Source: Patescibacteria group bacterium (lineage in GTDB: Bacteria > Patescibacteriota > Patescibacteriia > Patescibacteriales > BM507). From it: 64,000 bases of DNA. Below are positions 10,549 through 20,834 of the stretch, piece after piece (position 1 is the stretch's first letter; every line of letters starts with the position of its first letter). The position numbers and the translations under genes were made by a program. The stretch covers positions 10,664 to 74,663 of the forward strand of contig JAQIDC010000036.1 of the NCBI GenBank assembly GCA_027858235.1, given 5' to 3'. Below the pieces are notes generated by a model, which ran no database searches, was not told where the DNA came from, and worked only from the letters and a program-made list of their open reading frames with translations.

Positions 10549-10583
10549 TTTTCCTCCTTTTTTTTGTTTAAATAAATCCTCAT

Positions 10584-10611
10584 TAGTTTGCTCCTCGAAA
10601 GGAGCAAACTA
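10584..10611. terminator. Hairpin downstream of dnaK
   Basis: tagtttgctcct-cgaa-aggagcaaacta, 12-bp perfect stem. Confidence 0.7.
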
Positions 10612-10645
10612 TCAAGATATATTTATTTGGCAAAGGCCACCTTCT

Positions 10646-12589
10646 TTACTTTGTCTTATCTTGTTTTTCCTGTTCGTCTTCTTCTTCGGTTTTTTTAGAT
10701 TCACCTTCTTCAAATTCTCCTTCCACTGGTCCTTCCTTCTCATTCTTTTCTTCCTCACCTTCCTTCGGTGCTTCAGTCCCAGCTTGATCAGGTTGTTGAT
10801 ACATAGCAGCTCCTATTTTTTGAGCAATTGTATTTAATTCTTCCATTTTAGCTTTAATAGCCTCTACATCATCTGAGTCTTTTACTTTCTTTAAAGCTTC
10901 TAATTTCTCTTCAAGTTCTTTTTTGTCTTCTTCTTTCATTTTATCAGCTGACTCCTGAATAAGCTTTTCGGTTTGGAAAACAACAGCATCGGCATGATTT
11001 TTAGTTTCAATCGTTTCTTTCTTTTTCTTGTCTTCATCGGCATGTAATTCTGCTTCCTTTTTCATCTTTTCTACTTCCTCTTCTGAGAGACCTGATGAAG
11101 CAGTGATAGTAATTTTCTGTTCTTTATTTGTAGCCTTATCGGTTGCTGAAACATTTAGTATACCATTTGCATCAATGTCAAATTTCACCTCCACTTGAGG
11201 AACTCCTCTTGGAGATGGCGGAAGACCATCAAGCATAAACCTACCAAGACTTTTATTGTCTGTAGCCATAGGACGTTCTCCTTGAACAACATTAATCTCT
11301 ACACTTGCTTGGTTATCTGCAGCAGTTGAGAAGATTTGAGCCTTTGATGATGGAATGGTTGTATTTCTTTCAATTAGCGGAGTGGCAACACCACCAAGAG
11401 TTTCAATGCCAAGAGTTAACGGAGTAACATCCAAAAGTAAAACATCTTTAACATCACCTTGCAAGACACCTGCTTGAACTGCAGCTCCCAGGGCTACAAC
11501 CTCATCAGGGTTTACACCTAAATGAGGTTCTTTCCCAAAATATTCTTTAACTTTAGCTAGCACCATTGGCATTCTTGTCATACCTCCAACCATAATTATT
11601 TCTTCAATATCAGAAGTTTTCATTCCGGCGTCTTTTAGGGCCGCCTTACATGGTTCAAGAGTTTTTTCGACTAAGTCACCAACTAATTCCTCCAACTTAG
11701 ATCTAGACATTTTCAAAACCAAATGCTTAGGTCCTTCGTTGTCGGTTGTAATAAATGGCTGATTGATTTCAGTCTCCATTGTAGTTGATAGTTCAATCTT
11801 CGCTTTCTCAGCAGCTTCTTTTATTCTTTGTAGGGCTAGAGGGTCTTTAGACAAATCGATTCCTTGATCTTTTTTAAATTCATCAATAATCCATTTAATA
11901 ATTCTCTGATCAAAATCTTCACCACCAAGATGAGTGTCACCATTTGTTGATTTAACTTCTACTGTATCTTCAGAAACATCCAAAATGGAGATATCAAAAG
12001 TTCCTCCACCAAGGTCATAAACTGCAATTTGCTGTCCCTTTTTCTTATCAAATCCATAGGCGAGTGCGGCTGCTGTCGGTTCATTAATAATACGCTTTAC
12101 ATCAAGACCGGCAATCTTACCAGCATCTTTTGTAGCCTGCCTTTGTGAATCATTAAAGTAAGCAGGAACCGTAATAACAGCTTCGGTTATTTTTTCACCA
12201 ATTTTTGCTTCAGCATCTGCTTTCATTTTACCCAAAATCATAGCTGATATTTCTTGAGGAGAATGTTCCTTCCCACCCATTAATATCTTTACACCATCAC
12301 CAGATTTAACAATTTTGTATGGTGCTGTTTCTAAATCTTTTTGAACTTCACCATCTTCAAACTTTCTGCCGATTAATCTTTTAATCGCATACAAAGTATT
12401 TTCTGGATTAGTTACTGCTTGTCTTTTAGCTGTTTGACCAACTAGTCTTTCATTATTTTTTGAAATTGCAATGATAGACGGAGTTGTTCTATTTCCTTCT
12501 GCATTTTCTAAGATTTTAGGCTGACCACCTTCAATAATTGCCATAGCACTATTAGTGGTTCCCAAATCGATTCCTAATATTTTTCCCAT
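10646..12589 (-). CDS. dnaK: Chaperone DnaK (Hsp70)
   Basis: [25 protein letters not shown] signatures. Confidence 0.99.
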   Translation of the reverse strand: MGKILGIDLGTTNSAMAIIEGGQPKILENAEGNRTTPSIIAISKNNERLVGQTAKRQAVTNPENTLYAIKRLIGRKFEDGEVQKDLETAPYKIVKSGDGVKILMGGKEHSPQEISAMILGKMKADAEAKIGEKITEAVITVPAYFNDSQRQATKDAGKIAGLDVKRIINEPTAAALAYGFDKKKGQQIAVYDLGGGTFDISILDVSEDTVEVKSTNGDTHLGGEDFDQRIIKWIIDEFKKDQGIDLSKDPLALQRIKEAAEKAKIELSTTMETEINQPFITTDNEGPKHLVLKMSRSKLEELVGDLVEKTLEPCKAALKDAGMKTSDIEEIIMVGGMTRMPMVLAKVKEYFGKEPHLGVNPDEVVALGAAVQAGVLQGDVKDVLLLDVTPLTLGIETLGGVATPLIERNTTIPSSKAQIFSTAADNQASVEINVVQGERPMATDNKSLGRFMLDGLPPSPRGVPQVEVKFDIDANGILNVSATDKATNKEQKITITASSGLSEEEVEKMKKEAELHADEDKKKKETIETKNHADAVVFQTEKLIQESADKMKEEDKKELEEKLEALKKVKDSDDVEAIKAKMEELNTIAQKIGAAMYQQPDQAGTEAPKEGEEEKNEKEGPVEGEFEEGESKKTEEEDEQEKQDKTK

Positions 12590-12640
12590 ATTTTTATTTT
12601 ATATCGTTAAACGATATTTTTTAATTATTTTAATTATTAA

Positions 12641-13546
12641 CTATTTTAATTCTATGCTTTCTAAAAATGCTTTAAAATCATCGGGAGATAATTGCCCAAA
12701 ATCAGAATTGATCATCGCCATACCAGAAAAGCCTTCTTTGTTTGTGTTCAATACAGCACCTAAGTTCTGACCAATCCCAACTGCAAGCTGTTCTTCTTCA
12801 AGAATAAATGACTTGCTATCAACGAGTAAAGCCTCTCCTCCAGAAAATGGGATCACCTCTATCGGATTTAATTTATATTCCACTTCTTCACCTTGGACTG
12901 AAACATAATACATATATTCGTCCTTATCTTTCTCAATCTTTATAAAATTGTCGAAATTCGCTTCGGTACTAGTAGAGACTTCTAGCCCCTTATATCCCGC
13001 ACTAACTCCAGCTATATGAAAATTATCATTCTTTGAAAACTTAATAGAAAATTTTTCTCCTGATTCACCTGCTGATTTTTCATAATTTACACTCTCGAAA
13101 AGAGCCGGATAGGAAAAACTTATTCCTAATTCTTCGTTGCTATAATTTTTAACAGCCCCCTTTACAGAATCAACTGTAGTTTTTAGTTCATCATTTTCTG
13201 TTTTCAAATTATCATTTTCACTCGCTACTTTTCTCTTTTCATTTTCAAGATTTTTCAAACTTCTTTCATATCCTTCTCTGACATTTTTTGCATCTAGTTG
13301 AACTTTTGACAAACTGTCATCCTTGGCCTTGTCTTGCCAGGCATAAATTGCCCCTCCTACTATCAAGGCAGTCACTGCGATAGATAGCAGATTGGTCAAA
13401 ACACTGTTTCCCTTTAACATATTTTCTTTTTTAGATTTATTAATATTATTACTCTTTTTAATAATTTTTTTTGCCTGGTCCAAGTTACTCCTCCTAACAG
13501 AAGTATCCATCTTGCTTTTCTTTGGATTTGCTCTTACTCCATCCAT
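12641..13546 (-). CDS. Hypothetical single-TM coiled-coil protein
   Basis: TM at about aa 50-70, coiled coil, then YSNEELGISFSYP. Confidence 0.7.
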   Translation of the reverse strand: MDGVRANPKKSKMDTSVRRSNLDQAKKIIKKSNNINKSKKENMLKGNSVLTNLLSIAVTALIVGGAIYAWQDKAKDDSLSKVQLDAKNVREGYERSLKNLENEKRKVASENDNLKTENDELKTTVDSVKGAVKNYSNEELGISFSYPALFESVNYEKSAGESGEKFSIKFSKNDNFHIAGVSAGYKGLEVSTSTEANFDNFIKIEKDKDEYMYYVSVQGEEVEYKLNPIEVIPFSGGEALLVDSKSFILEEEQLAVGIGQNLGAVLNTNKEGFSGMAMINSDFGQLSPDDFKAFLESIELK

Positions 13547-13548
13547 GC

Positions 13549-13974
13549 TTATTTTTTATTCTTAGTTTTTATTTTAATAGTTTTTGATTTTACTTCTGTC
13601 GTTTTTGGAATAGTTATTTTCAATACTCCATCCGTAGCTTCCGCATCCGTAGCATCTCCATTGACATGGGATGGCAATTGGATGGTTCTATAAAAATTTC
13701 CTCTTTTTATTTCTTTTTTATAATAATTTTTATCATCTACTTCACTTGTCTTTTCACTTTGGCCTCTAACTATTAAAACATCATTCTCAATTGAAATTTC
13801 GACATCCTCTGGATCAATCCCCGCCAATTGAACTTCAACAACTACGTTTTTCTCGTCTTGGTACATGTCGACAGCTGGAACAAAGCCTGATTTCTCCCCT
13901 CTCAGGGCAGGAAACAATTCTTCAAAATCTTCAAAGCCATCAAAGAACGGTGACCATTTTACTAATCTTGTCAT
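13549..13974 (-). CDS. Hsp20/alpha-crystallin small heat-shock protein
   Basis: PAVDMYQD, GNFYRTIQLP, DGVLKITIPK. Confidence 0.95.
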   Translation of the reverse strand: MTRLVKWSPFFDGFEDFEELFPALRGEKSGFVPAVDMYQDEKNVVVEVQLAGIDPEDVEISIENDVLIVRGQSEKTSEVDDKNYYKKEIKRGNFYRTIQLPSHVNGDATDAEATDGVLKITIPKTTEVKSKTIKIKTKNKK

Positions 13975-13981
13975 ATTTTTA

Positions 13982-14043
13982 CATTGCTAAATTGCTCTAT
14001 TGCTAAATTGCCTTTTTATAACAATTTAACAATTTAACAATTT
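13982..14043. repeat. 8-bp period repeats (ttgctaaa / taacaatt)
   Basis: attgctaa-attgctct-attgctaa-attgcc followed by (taacaatt)x3. Confidence 0.6.
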
Positions 14044-14048
14044 GACCC

Positions 14049-14909
14049 TTACTTTTTAATATATTCATAAACCACAACTTTTGTGTGATTTATTATTTTA
14101 TCTTTTAATTTATACCCTGGCTTCATAATTTTCGAGACAAAACCATCCTTTTTCTTGTCTTCTGTTTCTTCCTTCTCTAGGGCCTCCATTGTATTGTGAT
14201 CAAATTTCAGTCCTTCTGCTTTTAGCTCTTCGAGACCTATATTTGATAATACATCTTCAAGTTGTTTCGTTACATGGACTACTCCTGCAAACCAAGGGTT
14301 TTCTTGTGCTTTTTCGTCAGCATGTTTAATTGCTAGTTTCAAATTATCAAAAACTGGAATCAAATCATAGACAATTTGCTCATTAGCATATTTCAAAAAT
14401 TCTTGTTTTTCTTGAGCTCCTTGTTTTAGAAGGTTCTGATAATCAGCCAAGGCTCTTTTGTACATATCTTTGTATTCATCCTTTTCACCTAAAAATTTAT
14501 CCAAAGCTTCTTTTGTGTATTTTCCTAAGTCGTCACGAACGAGCCATTCTGAAACTCTCAACCACTTATACTTTGTTCCTTCTTCATTTAATATTATTTT
14601 TTTAGCATTTTTAACAATTGCTCTGTTATTTAGAAAAATTAAATGTTTGTATTTTTTATCTAAATGCTTATCTACATCCAACCCTTCCAAAACCCCCAAT
14701 AACTCAATTTCTTTAATATCAATATTTGTTTCTTCTTTTGTTTCCCTTTTTGTGGCTTGTTCTATTGTCTCCCCAATTTCAACTTTACCGCCTGGGCAAA
14801 TATATTTATTTTTCCATTGAGGTGATTTCATTAGAAATAATTCATCTTTATCGTTAAAGATAAATGATCCAGTAACCACTAAGGGATATTTTTTTTCTTG
14901 TTTCTCCAT
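14049..14909 (-). CDS. grpE: NUDIX hydrolase-GrpE fusion
   Basis: Nudix box GGKVEIGETIEQATKRETKEETN, then GrpE motifs KRALADYQN, LIPVFDNL, FDHNTMEAL, KPGYKLKDKII. Confidence 0.92.
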   Translation of the reverse strand: MEKQEKKYPLVVTGSFIFNDKDELFLMKSPQWKNKYICPGGKVEIGETIEQATKRETKEETNIDIKEIELLGVLEGLDVDKHLDKKYKHLIFLNNRAIVKNAKKIILNEEGTKYKWLRVSEWLVRDDLGKYTKEALDKFLGEKDEYKDMYKRALADYQNLLKQGAQEKQEFLKYANEQIVYDLIPVFDNLKLAIKHADEKAQENPWFAGVVHVTKQLEDVLSNIGLEELKAEGLKFDHNTMEALEKEETEDKKKDGFVSKIMKPGYKLKDKIINHTKVVVYEYIKK

Positions 14910-14911
14910 TT

Positions 14912-15601
14912 TTATTTACTATTTAATTCTTCTTTTATAAAATTTGCAATTGATAGACAATATTGATAATCCATCCTAACTGGTCCCATTATTCCAAAAA
15001 GGCCCATGTTATTTTTATGCTTGTACTTAAACATAACCGTTCCACACATATCACCAAAAGGATTTTCTGAACCAAGTAAAATTACATTCTCATTCAGAGG
15101 CAAGCCTTCAAAGACTTTTTCAATAGTTTCGTCCATATGGTCAATTATCAAAGAAATATCATATATCACATCAGCCTGCCTAAACTCTGGTTGATTGAGA
15201 AGATTTGAAACGCCTGTATAATAAAGACTATTCTTATGGAAGGCCCAGAAAACTGTTTGACCTGACAATTTAGCAATTTCTTTAGCGACTTGTTTAAAAT
15301 CCTTTTCGTCACCATTGCTTAAAATGTCTTTTATCACGGAGAAGTCTTTTTGTGCTAATTTTTTATCAGAAATATTTTCAAGATAAAATCGATAAGCGTC
15401 TTCTGTCGGGATACGTCCAGCAGAGGTGTGAGGCTGTACGATATGACCCTCATTTTCCAAATAAACCATGTCATTTCTGACAGTCGCAGGTGATACTTCT
15501 AGACTATATTTATCAACCAAAACCCCAGAACTAACAGGAATTCCAGTACTTATATATTCTTTAATGATTGTATTTAATATTAACTGTTTTCTTTCATTCA
15601 T
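14912..15601 (-). CDS. hrcA: Heat-shock repressor HrcA (short form)
   Basis: SPATVRNDM, QPHTSAGRIPT, GIMGPVRMDY; CIRCE upstream. Confidence 0.93.
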   Translation of the reverse strand: MNERKQLILNTIIKEYISTGIPVSSGVLVDKYSLEVSPATVRNDMVYLENEGHIVQPHTSAGRIPTEDAYRFYLENISDKKLAQKDFSVIKDILSNGDEKDFKQVAKEIAKLSGQTVFWAFHKNSLYYTGVSNLLNQPEFRQADVIYDISLIIDHMDETIEKVFEGLPLNENVILLGSENPFGDMCGTVMFKYKHKNNMGLFGIMGPVRMDYQYCLSIANFIKEELNSK

Positions 15602-15625
15602 AAACTCACTTTGTTAACTAAAACC

Positions 15626-15664
15626 ATTTTAGCATCCTTAGCAGTCTAGTGTCAAGAGTGCTAA
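15626..15664 (-). promoter_or_regulatory. CIRCE operator (15638-15664) overlapping a sigma70 promoter
   Basis: Minus strand TTAGCACTC-N9-GACTGCTAA (one mismatch to consensus); TTGACA inside the spacer, 18 nt to TAAAAT. Confidence 0.92.
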
Positions 15665-15667
15665 AAT

Positions 15668-15699
15668 AAAAAAAACCCTGCTCACAAATACGAGCAGGG
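15668..15699 (-). terminator. Intrinsic terminator
   Basis: ccctgctc/gagcaggg stem followed by a U-run on the minus strand. Confidence 0.75.
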
Positions 15700-15705
15700 C
15701 TAGGT

Positions 15706-15930
15706 CTATTTAATAACTATAACTTCGCCTGTTTCTTGATCTACCCAGATGTTTACTGATACATCTAAATTATCTCCATCGAGTTTATTATCAATTTTTT
15801 TTTCCTTCTTTTTAACCTCTTTTTTCCTGTTCAAAATATCTTTATGCTGAAAGTAGAGTGGGCAGGGTTCAAAATTTCCTGAACCAGAATATTCCTTTCC
15901 GCAAATTGAACATGAAAACTTAGGCATCAT
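15706..15930 (-). CDS. Small orphan CxxC protein
   Basis: CSICG near N-terminus; AGGAGG at 15934-15939; own terminator. Confidence 0.65.
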   Translation of the reverse strand: MMPKFSCSICGKEYSGSGNFEPCPLYFQHKDILNRKKEVKKKEKKIDNKLDGDNLDVSVNIWVDQETGEVIVIK

Positions 15931-16066
15931 ATTCCTCCTTTTTTGTTATAATGAGCCACGTATTATTCGCAAGTAAACATATCTTTAATTTTAAAAATAT
16001 TATCTCATGACCTACATTTAGTCAATAGAGCTTATTCTTTTCTCTTTCATTATTGTGAACATTGAG

Positions 16067-16216
16067 AAATTTAGAATAGTAAAATTTATTGCGAAATTCG
16101 CCAAAAAATGCTCACTGTTTGAGCGAAGCGAGTTTGAGATTTTTGGAGTGAATCGTCGTAATGAAAATATTCTAAATTTTTTCTGAGAACGATTTTGGTA
16201 CTTTTCTAAAAAGTAC
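16067..16216. repeat. Long imperfect hairpin element (MITE/REP-like or structured RNA)
   Basis: aaatttagaata 16067-16078 pairs tattctaaattt 16168-16179 with nested stems; second hairpin gtactttt/aaaagtac 16198-16216. Confidence 0.6.
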
Positions 16217-16260
16217 AGAGAAAACTTACATAATATCAAATAAATCAGGATAGTACTATT

Positions 16261-16318
16261 TCTGGATTCTGGATCCCTATACGTTTTAACTACAAGGTAA
16301 ACAAGTCCGGAATGACAA
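16261..16318. repeat. REP-like hairpin, copy 1
   Basis: tctggattctggatc...aagtccggaatgacaa; related to 33887-33967. Confidence 0.75.
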
Positions 16319-16344
16319 CGGATATTGAATTATTCAGCAATAAC

Positions 16345-16381
16345 TACGTACGTACGAACGTACGTACGCGCGTACGTACGT
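16345..16381. repeat. (TACG)n palindromic microsatellite
   Basis: Contains perfect 24-bp palindrome ACGTACGTACGCGCGTACGTACGT at 16358-16381. Confidence 0.85.
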
Positions 16382-16382
16382 C

Positions 16383-18416
16383 CTATTCCTCAATCGGTTT
16401 ATACTCCTTATAATACCACTCCAAAAATTCTCGCATTATTGGAACAGACACAGCACTTCCTTCTACTCCCTCCTCCACTAAAACCACAAAAGCCAGCTCT
16501 GGATTTTCATATGGAGCAAAGCCTGTATACCAAGCATGATTATCTTTGACCGAAGACCACTGAGCTGTTCCTGTTTTTCCGGCTGATGTAACTGGAAGAT
16601 TACTTAAGCTTCTAGCTGAGCCTTCTGTTACTGTTTCTCTCATTCCTTGTCTGACTACTTGAACATTATAATTATCAATGAATCCATCTCGAACAGCCTC
16701 TCCTTTCACATCAGCTAGAATAACATCGTCTCCGTCTAATATTTGTTTTATTAAATGAGGTCTATACATGGTCCCCCCATTCGCAAAAAATGAAATAAAG
16801 TTTACTACTTGCAAGGGGGTAACAAGCAAATCACCCTGCCCAATAGATAGATGATAAGTATCCCCAATATACCAAGGTTCCTCTTTAACTTCTTCTTTCC
16901 ATTCCCTGGTAGGCAAAAATCCATCAGCCTCCCCAGCTAAATCAATCCCAGTTTGCGCTCCCAGTCCAAATTTTTCTTCATACTCTATAATTCTTTCAAG
17001 CCCTAGACCTTGGAAATTATTATTATCTCCTCCGCCAATATAGTAGAAGAAAGTATTAACTGACTGAGATATGGCCTTGCGAACATCTGTGATGCCATGT
17101 CCACCAGCACGCCAATCAGGAAAATACCACTGACCAATACTAACACCTCCCGTGCTCAGAAAACTGGTCTTCTCTGTTATAACCCCTTCCTGCAAAGCGG
17201 CAGCTGCCATGACTGGTTTAATAGTTGAACCTGAAGGAAATTCGCCACTAACCGCTCTATTGAACAATGGATTGTCGGGATGCTCCAAAAGAGATGAATA
17301 TTCTTCTTGTGTAATACCACGTGCAAAAGCATTGTTATTATATGAAGGATAACTTACCAAAGTTAGCACCTCACCATTATTTGGATTAAGAATTACAGCC
17401 GAAGCCTTCCCAAGACTTAGTTTTTCAAGATATGAAATAATAATTTCCTCCATCTTCTTTTGCATCACAATATCTAGAGACAAAACTAAATTATGTCCAT
17501 CTTCTGCTTCAGTTTTACTTATAATTTTTTTCTCATAACCCAAGGCATCGACTTCAATTTGTTTCTTACCATTTATTCCTTTTAGTTCATTCTCCCAAAA
17601 ATACTCAACACCCATTTTACCTATATAATCTATCGGACTATACTCATCGCTAGAACTGTCTAATTCTTCACGGCTTATTATCCCTGTATACCCCAAGATG
17701 TGAGAGAGAGTCATGCTGTAAAGATTGTATTCTCTCTTGATTTTATTGGAAACAACAACCCCTGGCATCCTATCTGCTTCCAAATATAGTTTAATTGCTT
17801 TCTCATAATCAATTCCATCCGCAACAAAAAGGGGTCGATATGATTCAAACGATCCTATTGTTACGGAAGAATAGATATTCTCCAATTCTTCCAAAGAAAT
17901 TTTATCTGTTATTTCAGAAATTCGTTTAAAAATTTCCATTCGTTCTGAGCTAACAACTTTTATTTTAATATCATCTTGTATTTTAATGTCATCCCGAGGT
18001 AAATCGATTGGTATAAAATACAAAACAAAATTGGCCTTGTTTCTAACCAAAGTGTTTCCATTCCTGTCATAAATTATTCCTCTTTTTGGTTCAATTCTCT
18101 CTTCTCTTATTCTATTACCTTCAGCCATCATATAATAATAATCACCCTTTACGACTTGTAGCCAAGCCGTTCTCCCAAAAAGGATTGAAATAAAAAATAT
18201 TAAAATTACTGCCAACAAATAAATTTTATTAAAATTAAAATTTCTTCCAATGGTGTCTTTTTTCCCAACACTTGGATCGAAAGAATTTTCAGTCCACTGT
18301 CTTCTAAGAGAAGAATTTTTTAAAACGCCATCATGAAAAGAACCCTCTTTTATAGAAAATGGGTCACTGCCTATATTATTATTATTTTTATTGTAAAAAC
18401 TACTTAATATTTTCAT
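16383..18416 (-). CDS. mrdA: Penicillin-binding protein 2
   Basis: GSTIK, SVN, KTGT motifs; follows mreBCD. Confidence 0.95.
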   Translation of the reverse strand: MKILSSFYNKNNNNIGSDPFSIKEGSFHDGVLKNSSLRRQWTENSFDPSVGKKDTIGRNFNFNKIYLLAVILIFFISILFGRTAWLQVVKGDYYYMMAEGNRIREERIEPKRGIIYDRNGNTLVRNKANFVLYFIPIDLPRDDIKIQDDIKIKVVSSERMEIFKRISEITDKISLEELENIYSSVTIGSFESYRPLFVADGIDYEKAIKLYLEADRMPGVVVSNKIKREYNLYSMTLSHILGYTGIISREELDSSSDEYSPIDYIGKMGVEYFWENELKGINGKKQIEVDALGYEKKIISKTEAEDGHNLVLSLDIVMQKKMEEIIISYLEKLSLGKASAVILNPNNGEVLTLVSYPSYNNNAFARGITQEEYSSLLEHPDNPLFNRAVSGEFPSGSTIKPVMAAAALQEGVITEKTSFLSTGGVSIGQWYFPDWRAGGHGITDVRKAISQSVNTFFYYIGGGDNNNFQGLGLERIIEYEEKFGLGAQTGIDLAGEADGFLPTREWKEEVKEEPWYIGDTYHLSIGQGDLLVTPLQVVNFISFFANGGTMYRPHLIKQILDGDDVILADVKGEAVRDGFIDNYNVQVVRQGMRETVTEGSARSLSNLPVTSAGKTGTAQWSSVKDNHAWYTGFAPYENPELAFVVLVEEGVEGSAVSVPIMREFLEWYYKEYKPIEE

Positions 18417-18417
18417 C

Positions 18418-18951
18418 TTAATATTTTTTGTTCACTAAAAATACTGGTCTAAAACTATTATTAAAAAGATTGGTCAAATAAAATACGATAACCATAATAA
18501 TTGAGTTTAGAAACAACTGTTTTACTGCTGACAAGAAAAAGCCTTGATTGAACAAGATAGAAGGGACTCCAAGGAAAATAGAAATGACGTTACTCACAAA
18601 AGTCACGAAGAAAAAATTCAAAATAGTGGCTGAAATGATTAAAGCCAAAAAAGCATACAGAGACCTATTGGTAAAAAAATTAATAAGTAAAAAATTTACA
18701 ATTAGAATTGAAAAAACAAACCCCCCTAAGTAAATTCCAAAATAATAAAAAGAAAAAATATCCATCAAGAAACCTATAGTAATCCCGTAAATTAAAGTAG
18801 TGCTCAAACTACTAATCATTAAAACATAAACCAAGAATATTAATAATATATTTGTATTAGAAAAAGAACCAGGCAGAGAAGAAATAAAAGATATCTGGAA
18901 AATAACTAGGAACAAAATTAAAAGTAAATTTAGAAATATTTTAAAATACAT
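18418..18951 (-). CDS. mreD: Rod shape-determining protein MreD-like
   Basis: Highly hydrophobic, GFLMDIFS motif, position between mreC and mrdA. Confidence 0.75.
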   Translation of the reverse strand: MYFKIFLNLLLILFLVIFQISFISSLPGSFSNTNILLIFLVYVLMISSLSTTLIYGITIGFLMDIFSFYYFGIYLGGFVFSILIVNFLLINFFTNRSLYAFLALIISATILNFFFVTFVSNVISIFLGVPSILFNQGFFLSAVKQLFLNSIIMVIVFYLTNLFNNSFRPVFLVNKKY

Positions 18952-18952
18952 A

Positions 18953-19771
18953 TTATTCTGATATTACTATACTAACTATCACGAGATCATCAAAATTAAC
19001 CAAAGGTTCAATCACTGCACTCTGCCAAAGATTATTATTTTCTTTTATAACCTCGGAAACTCTTCCTATCACAAGTCCTCTGGGGATATTGTTTTCGAGG
19101 CCGGAACTAACAATGATATTTCCTTTTTCTAGAACCTCTGTCTGAGGAATCAAGTCCATTTTCATTGTTAAGCCAAGCTCTCCCTCAACAACACCAGATG
19201 TTCTATCTTCATTCTGAACAGCAGCGGCAAATTTACATTTTTTATCTACGACTAGACAGGCCCTTGAGATACTATCTCTGGCTTCAATAATTTTTCCTAT
19301 TACGACCCCTTCTCCATCAAGAAGAACAAAACCTTCGCGAAGTCCGTCCCTAGCCCCCTTGTCAATAATAATTGATTTTTCTTCAGAAGAATTGTTCATC
19401 AAGTCGTTCCTGGAAACAATCTCAGCAAGTAGATACTTATAATCATTCTCCTTTCTAAAGTCAATCTGATTTTTCAAATATTCATTTTCCTCTTCAATTG
19501 TTTTTAATTTAGCATTCTCTGCTAGCAATTTTCTATTGTCTTGCTGTAATTCGGTAATAACAAAATTTTGGTCTCTTTTGTCAACCTGATCACCGTAGGC
19601 ATTCCTAATTTTTGATCCACCAGAATAAAAAACCTTAGAAACGGGGTTCATAACTCTAGCAAAAAGCCCCTCTATTGGTTTAGATATACCAGTAAAATGC
19701 AAAAAAATAAGCAGTCCAATAACTGCCAGATATATAAAAGTTTTTTTTGAATTTATTGCAGACTTAGGCAT
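18953..19771 (-). CDS. mreC: Rod shape-determining protein MreC
   Basis: IIIDKGARDG, SSGLENNIPRGLVIGRV, coiled coil. Confidence 0.93.
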   Translation of the reverse strand: MPKSAINSKKTFIYLAVIGLLIFLHFTGISKPIEGLFARVMNPVSKVFYSGGSKIRNAYGDQVDKRDQNFVITELQQDNRKLLAENAKLKTIEEENEYLKNQIDFRKENDYKYLLAEIVSRNDLMNNSSEEKSIIIDKGARDGLREGFVLLDGEGVVIGKIIEARDSISRACLVVDKKCKFAAAVQNEDRTSGVVEGELGLTMKMDLIPQTEVLEKGNIIVSSGLENNIPRGLVIGRVSEVIKENNNLWQSAVIEPLVNFDDLVIVSIVISE

Positions 19772-19788
19772 ATTTAGTTACATAAAAA

Positions 19789-20832
19789 TTATAATTCATC
19801 AGAACTGGGTGTTAATACTTTTTCCAATAACTCAGGGTCACTCAAAAGAATTCCTGTTCCTCGAACAACGCAGGTTAAAGGGTCTTCGGCTACTCTAACA
19901 GGTATTTTTGTTGCCTGGGCTATTTCTTTGTCTATCCCTCGCAAAATAGCACCTCCCCCGGTTAAAACTATTCCCTTTTCATAGATATCGGAAACTAACT
20001 CTGGTGGAGTTTTTTCTAAAGTTATTTTTATGTTTTCTATTATTATATTGATTGTTTTTGAAAGTGCTTCCCTAATCTGAGTATCTGTAACAGTCACTGC
20101 TCGGGGCAAACCATTTATAAGATCACGACCACGCACCTCCATCTCAACTGCTTCCTTTAAGCCTGTGGCTGAACCTATCCTTACTTTTATATTTTCAGCC
20201 ACCTGTTCACCAATTAATATATTGAATTCTTCACGAATAAACTGAATAATATTATTATCAAGCTCATTTCCGGCTAGGCGAAGTGTTTTGTAGGTAACTA
20301 CACCACCAAGCGATATAACAGATATTTCGGTTGTTCCTCCACCAATATCCACTATCATTGTTGCTGTAGCATCAGCCACAGGAAGTCTTGTCCCAATGGC
20401 TGCGGCCATGGACTCTTCGATTAAATAGACCTGTCTGGCACCAGCAGATTTTGCAGCATCCTCAACTGCCTTTTTTTCTACTTCAGTAATATCAAGAGGA
20501 ATGCCTATAATTACTCTTGGTCTAGGAATCAGAGTAAAACTTTCACTATGAACTTTATTAATGAAATATTTAAGCATTTTTTCTGTTACTTCAAAATCAG
20601 AAATTACTCCATCCACCAATGGTCTTATGGCCTGTATGTGTGATGGTGTTTTACCAACCATGATTCGAGCTTCTTCTCCAACTGCCAATATTTCATCAGT
20701 CCTTTTATTAACAGCCACAACTGATGGTTCGTTAATAATAATACCCTTGTCCTGAGTATAAACCAAGGTATTCTTCGTACCCAAATCAATACCTACATCT
20801 TTACTAAATTTTCCTAATAATTTATTGAACAT
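19789..20832 (-). CDS. mreB: Actin-like MreB
   Basis: GIDLGT, EPSVVA, VDIGGGTTE, LTGGGA. Confidence 0.97.
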   Translation of the reverse strand: MFNKLLGKFSKDVGIDLGTKNTLVYTQDKGIIINEPSVVAVNKRTDEILAVGEEARIMVGKTPSHIQAIRPLVDGVISDFEVTEKMLKYFINKVHSESFTLIPRPRVIIGIPLDITEVEKKAVEDAAKSAGARQVYLIEESMAAAIGTRLPVADATATMIVDIGGGTTEISVISLGGVVTYKTLRLAGNELDNNIIQFIREEFNILIGEQVAENIKVRIGSATGLKEAVEMEVRGRDLINGLPRAVTVTDTQIREALSKTINIIIENIKITLEKTPPELVSDIYEKGIVLTGGGAILRGIDKEIAQATKIPVRVAEDPLTCVVRGTGILLSDPELLEKVLTPSSDEL

Positions 20833-20834
20833 AA

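Noticed and set aside
16018..16549. ORFs 16018-16239 and 16325-16549
   Set aside because: They translate the hairpin element, the microsatellite and the mrdA antisense strand; likely spurious
17958..17993. 18-bp tandem duplication in mrdA (DDIKIQ-DDIKIK)
   Set aside because: Real but a minor slippage event in a variable region
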